From the NCBI GenBank assembly GCA_041619515.1, contig JBFKDW010000014.1, positions 1 to 45,544 on the forward strand: a DNA stretch of 45,544 nt, written 5' to 3'. Below, in pieces: positions 26,549 through 41,500 of this stretch. The notes beneath the pieces are model-generated. The model worked only from the letters and a program-made list of their open reading frames with translations. It did no database searches and was not told the origin of the DNA. The position numbers were made by a program, and so were the translations under genes. Numbering within the stretch: position 1 is the first letter of the stretch; every line of letters begins with the position of its first letter. Source of the DNA: Acidimicrobiia bacterium. Its GTDB lineage: Bacteria > Actinomycetota > Acidimicrobiia > Spongiisociales > SHLN01.

Positions 26549-29500
26549 GTGAAACGGGGTCCCCTTTCTCAGTTTGTGGCGCTGGCGTTGCTCGCCACCG
26601 TCCTGGTGCAGGCCGGGTCGGTTCCTCCGGCTCTCGCCGGAGTCTCGGTGTCGGGCCGGGTGTTCGTCGACACCGCCGGCAACCTGCTGGCCGGGGCCGA
26701 GGCCATCGGCGACGCCGCCAATCCGGTCGAGGCGGGCGTGACGACTCAACTGTGGTTCGACGCCAACGGCAACAGTGTCCTGGACGCAGGCGATACGCAG
26801 GAAGACTTCGTAGACACCGACGCGTCCGGCGCCTACAACCTGTCCAGCATCGAGAACGGCGATCACTGGGTGGTGGTCGACAGCGGTGATATCAATACGG
26901 CCGGGGCCGTGGCCGAGCAGACGTACGGACCGATCGGGGCCGTGTGCACCAACGGTGACGGACCGGAGACCCAGACGATTCGTGGCACGGCCGGCGCCTG
27001 CTACGGGGGCCGGCGCGGAGACACCGCCGACAACTTCGACATCACCGGCAACGCCGAGCACATCGCCTACCTGGCGAACGGGGCGGTGGCATCGAACGTC
27101 GACTTCGGCTTCAGCTACAACGTCGTGACCCGGGTCAGCTATGCGGCCAGCGGAGGCGGGCAGGGTACCTTCACCGCGTTCATCGAGAATGCCAACAAGC
27201 TGGCGGGAGCGAACACGATGCGCTTCGTCCCGGCCGTTCCCACCAACGCCGCCGGCTCGGGCCGCAACTGGTGGCGAGTGACGGCGACGAACGGGGCCCC
27301 CCTCGACAACGCCTTTCCGATGGTCACCGACCCGTTCACAACCGTTGACGGAACCGCCCACAGCTTGCTCGACGGGACCATCCTGGAAGGAACGGCGGGC
27401 GATCCCAACCCCGGGGTGACCGGATACGTCGGACCGGTGGGGACCGGTGCCGACGGCCGGGCCGGGACGGGAGACGAGCCGCTGCTCGATGGCCTGGAGC
27501 GGCCTGAGCTCGAGATCAAGAACGACCGGTCGGTCCAGGCCAAGACCGGGCTCGATTTCCGGGCCGACGACTCGACCGTCCGGCGTATCGCCATCTACGG
27601 CTTCGGCGGCGTCTATCCGGCCGATCAGCTCTTCGGGGATGTGGTATTCGGGCAGTGGGGCGCGGGTGTGAACCGCGTCGTGTTCGAGGACAGCATCGTC
27701 GGAACCAGCGCCGAGGACTTTGCCGCCCCGCCGGCCGCGGAGCGCAGCTCGATCTCGGGGGTGCTGTCATTCGACAGCAGCGGCCGGGTACAGGGCAACC
27801 TCATGGGGTGGACGGACACCTCGGCCCTTCGTCTTCGCAATGCGGTGTCGCCCGGTGGGGGGGCCCCCTCGTTCCTCGTCGCAGACAACGAAGTCCGCAG
27901 CGCCGGTCTGGCATCGGACGTCTCCGACGGCATGGACAGCACCTCGTCCCAGGACATGGACATCCTGCGCAACCTCGTGACCGGCAGCGGCGCCTCCGGC
28001 ATGGACTTCTACACCGGCGCCGGAGGCAACCTCATCGAGGACAACACGATCACCGGCAACGGCGTCGGCACGGTTGGCAACCCGTGGGGCGTGCCGAGCG
28101 AGCCGAACGGAATCACCGTGTACGGAAGCGGAGATGTGATCCGCCACAACGTCATCAGCGGCAACTACTCGGCGGGGATTCTGGTCACCGACGGCGCTAC
28201 CAACGTGACCATCACCGAGAACTCGATGTTCGACAACGGCGAGGACGCCATCCCGGCCAAGAACCCGCCCACCTCCCCTCCCTCGGACCCGAGTGGGCAG
28301 GTCGGGATCGATCTGGTTGCCACCGGCGGCAACAACGGGTTCGGTGACCCGCCGTACTACACGCTCAACGACTCCGGCGACGGGGACGGCGGTGGCAATG
28401 GTCTGCTCAACTTCCCGATCATCGACACGGTCGCGATCGTCGGCTCCGATCTCGAGCTGACCGGATGGGCGCGGCCCGGATCGTCGATCGAGTTCTTCAT
28501 CGCCGACACGGACCCAGCCGGGTTCGGAGAGGGTGAGACCTTTCTCGCCACCAGAGTGGAGGGATCCGGATCTGACCTGGACGGCGGCGCGAGCGCCTAC
28601 TCGGGGGCAATCAACGGGATCGATCAGGGCAGCGACAACACCAACCGGTACCGCTTCCTCATCCCGCTGGCCTCGCTGCCGCCCGTGTCGGGGGGCATGG
28701 AGTTCACCGCCACCGCCACCGTCGGCACGCGCACTTCTGAGTTCAGCGGAGTGGCACCCCTCGACCTCGCCGTGGCCGGCCAGGTGTTCGAGGATGTGGC
28801 AGGCGACGGCGTCAAGGACGGCGGGGACCCCGGGCGCGACGGCGTCGACGTGTCGCTCTACGCCGACGATGGAGACGGGGTGCCCGACGGCGGGGACGCG
28901 CTGGTCGACTCCACGGTGACGGCCGGCGGAGGGAACTACACGCTGGCGGGAGGCATCGGCCTTCACTGGGTGCTGGTCGACTCGAGCGACGTCACTCCAT
29001 CGGCGGGCGGCAGTGGCGTCGCCGAACAAACCTACGGCCCGATCGGTGGCATCTGCACGAACGGCGACGGCCCCGAAACTCAGCGGACGCTCGCCGCCAA
29101 CGGCGCCTGCTTCGGTGGCCGGCGGGGAGATACGGCCGACAACTTCATCATCGGGACCGACGCCGAGCACGTGGCCGGCGTCACGCTCGATGCGTCGACG
29201 CTCGACTTCGGGTTCAGCTTCAACGTGGTGACCCGCACCGCCTACCTCAACGAACAGGGAACGCTCGAGCGATTCGTGCGGAACGCCAACAGCGTCACCG
29301 GGCCAAACGACATGCGGTTCGTGCCGGCCGTTCCCACCAACCAGAGCGGTGGCGGCGGAGATTGGTGGCGGATCACCGTCGGCAACGGTGCGCCGGTGAG
29401 CGAGGCCTTCCCGCCCATCACGGCCAACTCCACCTCCATCGACGGCACGGCTCACAGCCTCCTCGACGGCACGGTTCTGGAGGGCACCGCCGGCGACCCC

Positions 29501-32500
29501 AATCCCGGCTCGACCGGATACGCCGGCCCGGTCGGAACCGGAGCCGACGGCGTCTCGGGCACCGGTGACGAGCCAACACTCGACGGGGTCCTCAAGCCGG
29601 AGCTGGAGATCGTCAACGACCGCGCCGTCCAGGCCACTCGCGGGTTCTACATCCAGGCCGACGACGTCACCGTCCGGCGCCTCGCCATCTACGGCTTCGG
29701 TCAGACCGACCTGAACGACCAGCTGGGCGAGGCCTTTCGGGTTGGCCAATTCGGAAACGGCAACACCGGTTTCCTGTTCGAGGACAACATCATCGGAGCC
29801 GGCGCCGGCGGCTTCACCGACCCTGGTGCCGGGAATCGGCTCTCCAGCTCGGCGTTCCAGATGTCCGAGTCGACCGGGACCATCCGGGGCAACCTGATCG
29901 GATTCACCCGCAAGTCGGCAGTCCGAACCTGGGACTTTGCCGCCCCCGGCCCGGGCATTCCTTCGGTGGTGATCACCGGCAACGAGATCCGGCAGGCCGG
30001 CATCACGAGCGATGTCTACGACGGTGTCGATGCGGTCCGCAGCGTCGGGATCCACCTCATCGGCAACCTGGTGACCGAGAGCGGCGGAGATGGGTTCGAC
30101 ACCTGGACCGATAGCGTGACGCCGGGTGACAATCTGGTCGAAGACAACACGATCTCGTTCAACGGCCGCAACTACTTCGACGACACCGCCGGCGCCCCCG
30201 AGCCGCACGGCATGCGCCTGTTCGGCGTCGACCACGTCGTTCGTCACAACGTCATCCACGACAACTACGGCTCCGCCATCATGGTCGACGACAACGCCGG
30301 GGGGATCATCATCACCGAGAACTCCATGTTCGGGAACGGTGACCTGGTGAGCGGAGCCGCCCCTCCCGGCCCACCGACCCAGAAGCCGGGTATCGACCTG
30401 ATCGCCACCGGAGGAGACACCGAGTGGGGCGAAGACCACCTCGGCCCCATCTACCCGACCCTCAACGATGACGGTGACGCCGACACCGGCGGCAACGACC
30501 TCACCAACTATCCCGTCATCGACACCGCCGAGATCGCCGGCGCCAACCTGGTGCTGACCGGCTGGTCGGCGACCGGGGCGGACATCGAGTTCTTCGTCGC
30601 CGATCCCGACCCGTTCGGCCTGGGTGAGGGTGAAACGTTCCTGACCCGCCAGACCGAAGGCGTCGCCGACGGCGACGGCGGCCTTGGCAGCTACACGTCG
30701 CCGGTCAACGGAATCGACCAGGGCGACGAGACCAACGTGGCCCGTTTCTCGTTCACGGTGCCGCTCGCCTCGCTGGCGTCTCCGGTCGTGGGCGGTGAGC
30801 AACTGACGGCCACCGGAGCAGTCGGCGGTCAAACATCGGAATTCGGGGGCCTCGTGACCGTCACCTCCAGCTCATTCAGCGGCACCGTTTTCGAAGACAT
30901 TGCCGGCGATGCCGTCAAGGACGGCGGCGACCCGGGGCGCGGGTCGGTGGATGTCCGCCTCTACCTGGACGACGGAGACGGCGTTCCCGACGGTGGAGAC
31001 ACGCTGGTCGACAGCGATACCACCGCAGCCGACGGAAGCTATGCCCTTGTTGCGGGTGCCGGGAACCACTGGATAGTGGTCGACTCCGGCGACGTAACAC
31101 CCTCCGCCGGCGGGGGCGGCGTTGCCGAGCAGACGTTTGGCCCGATCGGAGCGGTGTGCACGAACGGCGATTCGCCGGAGACCCAAACGAGCCGCGCAAC
31201 GGCCGGGCCCTGTTACGGCGGCCGGCGAGGCGACGTGGTGGACAATTTCGACATCAGCTCGAACGCCGAGCACGTGGCCCTGGTGGCCGGCGTCGCCGCC
31301 GGCCTCGACTTTGGATTCAGCTTCAACGTGGTCACCCGAACGAGCGACGCCGACAGCCAGGGCACTCTTCGCCGCTTCGTCAATAACTCCATCGCCGGGA
31401 CCGGTGCCAACGCCATGCGATTCGTTCCCGCCGTCCCGGTCACCGTCGACCTCGATGCCGTCCCGGGCACCGGTGACGAATGGTGGACGATCGTGCTCTC
31501 AGCGCCGCTCCCCGCCCTGACGGCGTCCGATACCACGATCGACGGCACCGCCTACGACCTTGCGGATGGCTCGACCGTGCGCGATACCAACCTCGGCACC
31601 GGCGGCAATCCGGAGCTGGCGGGCGCCGGCGTGGGTACCGGAGCGGATGGTGTCGCCGGAACCGGCGACGATCCCTCGCTGCCCCCGTACCCGCGTCCCG
31701 AGCTGGAGATCGACGCCGACAATACGAGCGATCCGCTCACGATCTCATCCAGCAATACGACGATCCGGCGCCTCGCCCTCTTCGATGCCGATGCGTTCCA
31801 GGCCGCCGTCGTCGTGAGCGGGGGAACCGGCAGCCTCATCGAGAGCAACTTCCTCGGTCCGAGGGCCGACGGCACGGATCCGGGAGCGGGAGACCGCATC
31901 CAGCACGGGATCGATGTCAACGGCGGCGAGGCGGATGTGTTCGACAACTTCATCGCATACGGTGAGGACGGGGGCGTGCTCGCGCGGGACTCGGCCGCCA
32001 TTCGCGGCAACGACATCTACCGGATGGCGCTGAGCGACCCGAACGGTGACGGCATCAGCGTCGAAGGATCGGTGGTGGCCGACTCCATCGACGTGCGCGA
32101 AAACCGCGTCCATCGCGTTGGCGGGTACACATTCGAGTCGTGGCAGGCCGCCGGCGGGTACACCGTGGAGGACAACACGTTCATGAACGCGGGCGAGGGC
32201 GGCGGAGTAGAAGACGGAGGAGTGCGCGTGTTCGGGTCGGACTCCATCTTCCGTCACAACATCGTCTCCAACAACGCAGGCCACGGACTGGTGCTCGCCG
32301 AATGGACCTCGCCGGGTGACAACGCTCGCAACTTGATTTCTCAGAACTCGTTCTCCGGCAACGGCGGGGTCGCGATCGACCAGGACCACACGAACATCGG
32401 CGGGGCCCCGCCGAACGGAGACGGAATCACCCTCAACTCAGGAGCGCCCGCAACCTGCGGGTACGACGCCTCCCGCACCAACGAGGGCATCGACTACCCG

Positions 32501-35500
32501 GTCATCACGAGCGCGCTCGACGGCGGCGCCACGACCACAGTGGTCGGAACCGCCTGCCCGGGAGCCACCGTCGAGGTCTACCGCGCCCTCGCTAACGGCT
32601 TCACCGACAACACCGATCCGGTCGGTGGAACCGGTACCGACCACGGCGAGGGCCAGGTCTACGTCGGGTCCGCGGTGGCCGACGGGTCGGGCAATTGGAG
32701 CTTCGTCGATGCGGGACTCAATTCGACCGATGTGATCACCGCCCTCGCCCTGGATGCCACCGCCAACACGTCGGAGTTCGGAGCCAACGCCATCGTGACG
32801 GCTGCAGCTACCAGCAGCGTTTCCGGCACCGTCTTCGAGGACATCGCCGGTGATGCGCTCCCCGGCATCGAGGCGGTCGGTGATGCCACCAACCCCGGAG
32901 TGGGCGGCGTCAACGTCTACCTGTTCAACGACGACGGTGGTGTCGCCGGCCAGCCCGACCCGACCGACACCCTCGCCGCCGGCCCCATCGCCAGCGCCGG
33001 CGACGGCAGCTACAGCTTCCCGGCGCTGGCCGACGGCACCTACTTCGTCGCCGTCGAGTCGCTGACCGTCGCGCCTTCCCAGCCTCTCCAGGCCGCCGGC
33101 TACGCGGGCGTGGCGTGGGCGGAGCAGACCTGGGCGGCGGACGGGGCCTATTGCGCCGACGGCGCCGGGGGCACCATCCAGCTGGCCGCAGCCGGACCGT
33201 GCTACGGCGGGGCCGGGGGAGCCACTCCCGACGCGGCCAATCCTGCGGACGCAACCACCTTCGAGCACATCACCCGGGCCGTCGTGTCGGGCGCCAGCGT
33301 GGGGGCAGTCGATTTCGGCTTCTCGTTCAACGTGTTCGTGTCGGACAGCGGCTTCACCAACTGGCCGGTCTACACCTCACCGCACGAGCAGGGATCACTC
33401 GATCAGGCGCTGCTCAACGCCTTCGTGCTCGACGGCCCCAACTCGCTGCGGTTCGTCCCGGCGGTTCCGCCGACGGTGACCACCGGAAGCGGTGATTGGT
33501 GGAGCATCGACTTCATTGCCGGCGGAGATGATGCCCCCATCGACATCGAGGACGAGGACACCGTCGTCGACGGGACCGCCTTCTCATTCACCGACGGGAT
33601 CACGGTCCGTGACACCAACCCCGGTTTCATGGGGGCCAACGCCGCCGGGGGCATGACCGTCGGCGTGGACGGGCTGCCCCTCCCGCAGGTCGAGAAGCCG
33701 GAACTGGAGATCATCGGCCGACTCGACGTGTCAGATCAGCGCCCTGAGCCCGACGTGGCCGATCGTTCGGTCATCCGCGATCTCGCCATCTGGGGGTCGG
33801 TGGCCAACGGAAACCTCAACCTGAACGGCTTCAACGCCGGTGTCACCAGCGACCTGGTCTTCGAGCGCCTGGTGATCGGAAGCCGGCCGGACGCTTTTGC
33901 CGACGCCGGAGCGGGCAGCCTGGCCGCCATCCGGGCGGGCAACGGCAACTGGCCGAACGTCACGGTAAGGGACAGCTTGATCGGCTGGGCCGGGTTGCAC
34001 GGCATGATCACCGACCCCGGATGGACCATCACCGGCAACGAGATCCGGGCTTTGAGCAACTACGGGGTGTATTCGGTGGCCGGGACGGCGGTTGTCTCCG
34101 GCAATCTGCTGGCCGAGAACCTCGGCAACAAGTCGGACAATGCCGTCGGCGACCTGTGGGAGAACAACTCGATCGTCGACAGCACCAGCTACGGACTGGC
34201 GCTGGAGTCGGGTGGTCACACGGCCCGGCGCAACATCATCACCGGCAACGGTGCCGACGGGATCGAGGTGTGGAGCGACCAGGGCAGCGCTCACACGCCC
34301 TCGATCGGCAACATCATCAGCGAGAACCTGTTCGGCGGCAACGGCGGCATCGCCATCGACCTGTGGGATTCGGGGGCGGGCAGCGATGGCATCACCGTCA
34401 ACGACGGTGCCACCGATCCACTCTCAGGCAACGAAGGCCTGGATCAGCCCGTCGTCACGAGCACCAGCTATGTGGGTGGCACCGCCACCATCAACGGCAC
34501 GGCCTGCAGCGGGTGCCTGATCGAGATCTATCGCGGGGTGGCAGACCCGGACGCATCCGACACCCGCAGCCTGGGCGACGCCGACGACGGGAATTACGGC
34601 GAAGGCGTGCAGCTCCTCACGCCGCTCGGCTCGCCGGTGGTGGCCGCCGGCGGCTCGTTCGCGTTCGTCACCGGCGCCCTGGCAGCCGGCGAGTACGTGA
34701 CGATGACGGCTCGCGATCCCGGCACCGGCAATACCTCGGAGTTCTCCAGGAACGCCCGGGTCGGCTGGGAGGTCGCAGGCACGGTGTTCGAAGACGTCGA
34801 CGGCAACGTGCTCGACGGGGGCGAGCTGATCGGCGACGCCGGGAACCCGGTGGTAGACGGCGTGGACGTGTGGATCTATCTCGACGACGGGGACAACATC
34901 CCCGACGGCGGCGACACGCTGGAGGCCGGGCCGGTCGCCACTGCCGGTGGCGGAGCCTTCGCCTTCCCGAACCTGCCCGACGGCGTGTTCTGGGTGGTCG
35001 CAGACTCGCGGGACATGTCACCGGCGGCGGGCATCGACGCCTCCTATTCGGCTACCACGCCTCAGTCGGACCAGACCTACGGACCGGGCGGCGGCTGGTG
35101 TGCCGACGGGCTGGGGGGAACGGTCGAGCGGGCCGGCGGCGGGCCGTGCTTCGGAGGCAAGGACGGGTCGGCCGCCGACAATCCTGCCACCCTGGCCGGC
35201 GCCGAGCACCTCGCCCGCATCGTCGTGTCCGGGTCTGATGTGGCCAACGTCGACTTCGGGTTCAGCTACAACGTCGTGACCAACCTGCAAGCTGCGTTCG
35301 GAGCTTCGCTCGACGTCGCCTCCTACCAGGGCTCACTCGACCAATTCCTTCGTAACGCCAACGCAATCACAGGGCCGAACGCAATGCGATTCGTTCCGGC
35401 TGTCCCCACCAACGGGGCCGGGGGCGGTGGCACCTGGTGGCGGATCGACTACTCGGGCATGGCTGCCGGCCAGACCCCGGTCATGAGCCACGACGCCGGC

Positions 35501-38500
35501 ACAACCGTCGACGGAACCGCCTTCAGCCTGGCAGACGGGACCACGGTGCTCGACACCAACCCGGGCTTCCTCGGCGCCAATGCCGGGGGCGGCATGACGG
35601 TGGGAGTCGACGGGATCGCCTTGCCGCAGGTCGAAAGGCCCGAGCTGGAGTTGATGCGGTCGGATTCGGGCATCGGCGACGCCTTTGCGGTCGACTACAA
35701 CGCAGCCACCGGGCAGGTCCCCGACGGCTTCACCCTGAACGACCTGAGCACCTGGGGCTTCGCCAACGGAGTCCGCATGGTGGGTGGAGCGCTGCGTCCG
35801 AGCGGAATCACTATTCAGCGCAACGTCATCGGCGCCGCCCCCGACGGTCTTGTCGACCCGTTGGTGCCGGGCACGCTGTGGGCGCTCTATCTCCGGGCAG
35901 TCGACGACGGGTTCATCACGGACAATCTGCTGGGATTCGTCGACCGCGATGGAGTCGTTATCGCCGACACCACCGGTTGGACGGTTACGGGCAACGAGAT
36001 TCGTGAAGCCGCCCAGGTCGTTGCCGGCGCCGATGGCCTCAACGACGGAGCCGGCAGCAGCGGGAACGCCATCATCGGCAACCTCATCGTCGACTCGGGT
36101 GGCATGGGCATCGACGGCACCAGCACCGGCTCGGTGATTCAGAACAACTCGGTCAGCGGATCCGGGGTGCTGGGCCTCCAGACCGCAGGCATTCGCAAGA
36201 CCGACGGGCCCAACACCATCTCCCGCAACGTCCTCACCGCCAACGCCGGCCCGGGCGTGCTCATCCCCGACTCGGACAGCGGCAATCACATCAGCGAGAA
36301 CGACTTCTCGGCCAACGGCAGCATCGCCATCGACCTGGTTGTAGCGGGAGGAAGCACCGACGGCGGGGACGGGATCTCCGTCAACGACGGCGCAACCGTC
36401 GGGACCACCGGCAACCTGGGCTTCGACTATCCGATCATCGACAGTGCCACCATCTCCGGAGGCAACCTCACCGTTACCGGCTGGGCGCGACCGGGCGCAC
36501 AAATCGAGTTCTACGAGGCAGCCGGGCTGTTGGACGACGAGAACACCGGCGGCACTGCTCACGGGGAGGGCATCGATTGGCTGTTCACCGCCACCGAAGG
36601 CTCCGGCTCCGACGCCGACGGATCCTCCGGCGGGTACGCCGACCCCGATTACGGTTCTGACGCCGCCGCCGAGCGCTTCAGCTTCACCGTGGTTGCACCG
36701 GCCGGGCTGGCAGCCGGCGACGAGATTTCGGCGACGGGCACCGATGGCGGTTCGAACACTTCCGAGTTCGGGCCGAACGCAGTCGTCGGCTTCGGAATCG
36801 CCGGGACCATCTTCGTCGACACGGCGGGTGACGGTCTGGCGGACGGGCCGATCGGCCCGGCTCCCAATCCGTTCGAGGCCGGCACCCGCGTCGAGCTGTT
36901 CCTCGACGGCGGTGATGGCCTGCCCGACGGTACAGATGATGTCTACCAAGGCTTCACCGTTTCGTCCCTGGCCGACGGCAGCTATGCCTTCACGGGCCTG
37001 GCGGCCGGTGTCTATTGGGTGACCGTCGACTCGCAGGGTGTGGTGGAGGGCCCGTACAACGCCGGTTACTCGGGGGCCGACACCTGGCCCGAGCAAACCT
37101 ACGGGCCGGCCGGGGCGGCCAGCTTTGACGGGGCCGCCTGGTCGTTCGCCGCGGCGGCAGGGCCTTTCTACGGGGGCGCCGAATGGGACGTGTCCGATGA
37201 CTTCCCCCTCACCACCTCGTTGGCGACTGCCGAGCACATCGCCAGGGTCGACACCACCGGGGGATCGGCCGGCACCATGGATTTCGGCTTCAGCTTCAAC
37301 GTGGTTACGAACACCCGGGGCGGGAGCGCCGCACAGGATCCGGGGGCAGGCGCAGGCCAGCGATCCGTTCAGGGCTCGCTGCGCCAGTTCCTCACCAACG
37401 CCAACGCCATCGACGGTCCACACACCCTGCGGTTCGTGCCGGCGGGTCCCACCAACGCAACCGACGGGGCCGGGCACGACTGGTGGAGTGTCGTGGTCAC
37501 CGCCGGGCTGCCTGCCATCACCGATGAGGACACCTCGATCGACGGACGGGCGTACAGCTCGGCCGACGGCACCACCATTCGGGACGACAACGGCGGCGTT
37601 CTCGGCGCCGGTGGAACGGTGGGAGTGGCGGCCGTCGGGCTTTCCCCGGTCGCCCGGCCCGAGCTGGAGATCGTCAACGACCGGGTGACGAATCCGGTGC
37701 CGATCGGGCTGGATGTTGCGGCCGGCGACGTCACGATCGAGCGAATCGGCATCTACGGGTTCGGTGATGTGTTGGGTGGCAACATCCGGGTGGGCTCCGG
37801 CGCCGCCTCCAACTTCACAGGCACCCAGATCCGCAACAGCGTCATCGGAAGTGGCGCCGCCGCCTTCGCCGACCCGGGCGCGGTCGCCCGCAGCTCGCAT
37901 TTCAACGTGATCGTGCGCGGCGCCGACGCCGGCACCGTGGCCGACAATCTCATCGGCTTCGGTGGCAACTCCGGGATCCTGTTGCTGGATCAGGCAGACG
38001 TCTGGACCATCACCGGAAACGAGGTGCGAGGAAACGCCATCAGCTCCACCAACTCAGACGGCATCGGCACCCAGGGAGGCGGCAGCGACGGGCACACCGT
38101 GAGCGGCAACCTGATCGTTGGCCAGCAGGGGTTCGGTCTCGAGCTCAACGGCTCGCTCGGCTCTCACACCGTCACCGACAACACGATCACCGGAAACGGG
38201 TTTGGCGGCACCGAGACCGGCGGCATCGATTTGTACGGAACCGGTAGCACCATTCAGGGCAACATCATCTCCTCGAACGCGGGCCCCGGCGTGCTGGTGC
38301 AAGCGTTCGAGGCAGCCCGTCCCGGTACCCCCGCCGTCAACAATCGCATTTCCGCCAACCATTTCACGCTCAACGGTGGTCCCAGCATCGACCTGAATGC
38401 GTTCGGGTCAGACCGCCAGCTGGGCGACGGCATCACCCTCAACGACGGCGGGCCCGCCAACCTGTGCGGCTACAACAACACGGCCGGTGCCGAGCACGGG

Positions 38501-41500
38501 AACGAAGGCCTCGACTACCCGACGATCACGAGTGCGCTGTGGGACGGCGCTTCCGTCACCGTCGACGGCACCGGCTGTGAGAACGCCACAATCGAGATCT
38601 ATCGGGCGGTGGCCGGAGCCGGCGATACCGACGGCAATGGTGACGACCACGGCGAAGGCGTCGAGTTCATCGGCAGCACCGTGTCGTCGCCGGCCGGTGC
38701 CTTCACCTTCGTCACCGCCGGGTTTGCGCTGGGGGACGAGGTGTCGGCCATCGCCATCGACGGTGCCGGCAACACCTCGGAGTTTGCGTTGAACCTGACG
38801 GTGATCGACGCCGAGAGCATCGCCGGGACCGTGTTTGAGGACGTGGCGGGCGACGTCCTCAACGACGGTGTGGTGGGCGATGCCAACAACCCCGGCGCGG
38901 CAAACGCCACGGTCCGGCTGTACCTGGATACCGGCAACGGAGTGCCCGACGGCGGTGACGTGCTCATCTCGACACTGGCCACCGACGCGGCCGGTGGCTA
39001 CTCGTTCACCGGGCTGGCTCCCGGCACCTATTACGTGGCGGTCGACTCCCAGACCGTCGACACCGCTGCCGGATACCACCCGGTGGCGACGCCGGAGAAC
39101 GTGGTGTGGGCCGAGCAGACCTACGGACCGGCCGGCTCGTACGACGGCTCCGGCTTCACTGGAGCGGCAGGCGCCCACTACGGAGGCGCAGGAGGGTCGA
39201 TTGCCGACGACTTCACCACGCTGGCGGGCTCCGAGCACGTCGCCAGGGTGATAATCGCCGGGGCCGGAGTGACCGGCGTCGACTTCGGGTTCTCGTTCAA
39301 CGTCGTGACCAACCTCGACGCATCGGTCGACGCCATCTGGTCCAATCAGACTCATCAGGGCTCACTGGACCAGTTCCTTCGCAATGCCAAGCTCATCGTC
39401 GGGCCCAACGCCATGCGCTTCGTGCCGGCAGTTCCCGCCTCCCAGGACCCCGATGCCACCCCGGGAAGCGGCGACGAGTGGTGGCGCATCGACCTGTCGG
39501 CAGCTCCCACCGCCCTGGCCTGGATAACCGACCCATTCACGACCGTGGACGGAACCGCGTTCGACTCCGCCGACGGGGCCACCGTGCTGGACACCAACAG
39601 CGGATACCTCGGCGCCAACGCAGGCGGGGGAGTGACGGTAGGGACTGCGGCCGTCCCGCTGCCTCAGGTCGCCCGGCCGGAGTTGGAGTTGTACGGTCCC
39701 GGCGGCATCAACTTCGGGCTGGTGCTCAACGTATTTCCACCGGCCGGCACCGCCGGGGATGACGCCACGATCACCGACATCGCCATCGACCGGTTCAGTG
39801 TTGCCGTGCGGGGAACCAGCATCGACGACCTCACCGTGAGCCGGTCGGTGATCGGATCGGGGCCGCGCACGTTCGCCGATCCGGGAGGCCAGTCGGCAGG
39901 AGTCAGCGTCGACCTGTCGAGCCGGCTCGTGGTGAGCGACAGCCTCGTCGGGTTCAACTCGAGTGCCAACGTCCAGGCCGTCACCGGAACCGACATCACC
40001 GTGACCGGCAGCGAGCTCCGGGGCGGCACCACGGGCAGCGGATCGGTCGCTCTCTCCGACGCCGGCCAGGACAGTCTCATCCAGGGCAACCTCATCGCCG
40101 GGTCCGGCAATGACGGCATCTATGTGAGCGGAAGCGTCGCCCCCGCCGGCATCGTCGACAACGACGTGACGGGTCACGGTGGGACCGGCATCCGGCTGGC
40201 CGAGTCGACCGGAGGCCACACCGTCGCCCGCAACGTCGTGTCTGGAAACGGTGGGGACGGCGTGGCGGTGGCCGCCAACAGCCCCAACAACCTCATCACC
40301 GAGAATGCGTTCGGTGGCAATGGTGAGTCGGCGATCGATCTGGGCACCGGGGGAACGGCCGGAGACGGGATCACCGTCAACTCGGGTGTGGCGCCCGCGT
40401 GCGGATACGAGGCGGGCGCCCGCGCCAACGACGGCATCGACTACCCCACCATCGTCTCGGCAGTCGACACCGGCCCGAGCTCGACGGTGACCGGCACCGC
40501 CTGCGCCAACGCCCGGATCGAGATCTACCGGGCCGTGGCCGGATCCGGCGACACCCTGGCCGGCACCGACTACGGCGAGGGGACGGTGTTCCTCGGCTTC
40601 ACCACCGCGGACGCCCTCGGGGTCTGGACCTACGTCGATGCCGCCGTATCGCTCGGAGACGAGCTGTCGACGATCGCCATCGACGCAGCCGGCAACACCT
40701 CAGAGTTCTCACCAAATGCCTCCGTGGTGGCATTCCAGATCGCCGGAAAAGTGTTCGAAGACATCGTCGGGGATGTCCTCAACGATGGCGTCATCAACGA
40801 CGCCGGCAATCCGGGCTCCGGCAACGTCACGCTCCACCTGTATCAGGATGGCGGCGATGGTGTGCCGGACGGGGTGGACGACGGAGCTGCCATCGCCACG
40901 ACAACGACGGATGCAACGCCGGGAGCAACCCTCGGCGACTACTCATTCGGTGCCCTCCCGAGCGGCACCTACTGGGTGGTCGCAGACTCCAAGACCGTCA
41001 CGCCCTCCGCCGGCGTCAACAGCTCGCCCAGCGACGACGATGACGTGTGGGCCGAACAGACCTACGCCGCCGCCGGCGGGTACGACGGGGCGGGATTCCT
41101 GGCGGCCGCCGGACCGCTCTACGGCGGCAGAAGCGGGGCGGGGGCCGACGACGCCTCCGGGCTGGCGACCTCCGAGCACGTCACCCGCGTCGTGGTGGGA
41201 GGGTCCGACGTTGCCGGGGTCGATTTCGGCTTCTCCTTCGATGTAGTCACCAACCTGGAGGCGGGAGACGGCACAGATGCCGATCCTTCCGCCGACCGGG
41301 TCTTCCAGGGGTCGCTGCGCCAGTTCATCCTCAACGCCAACGCCGTGGCGGGTGCCAACACGATGCGGTTCACGCCGGCCGTTGCGGTCAACGGCTCAGA
41401 CGGCGCCGGCAACGACTGGTGGCGGGTCGATGTGGCCACCGTCCTTCCCGTCATCGATGATGCCTTCACTTCGATCGACGGGACCGCCCGTGACGTGGCA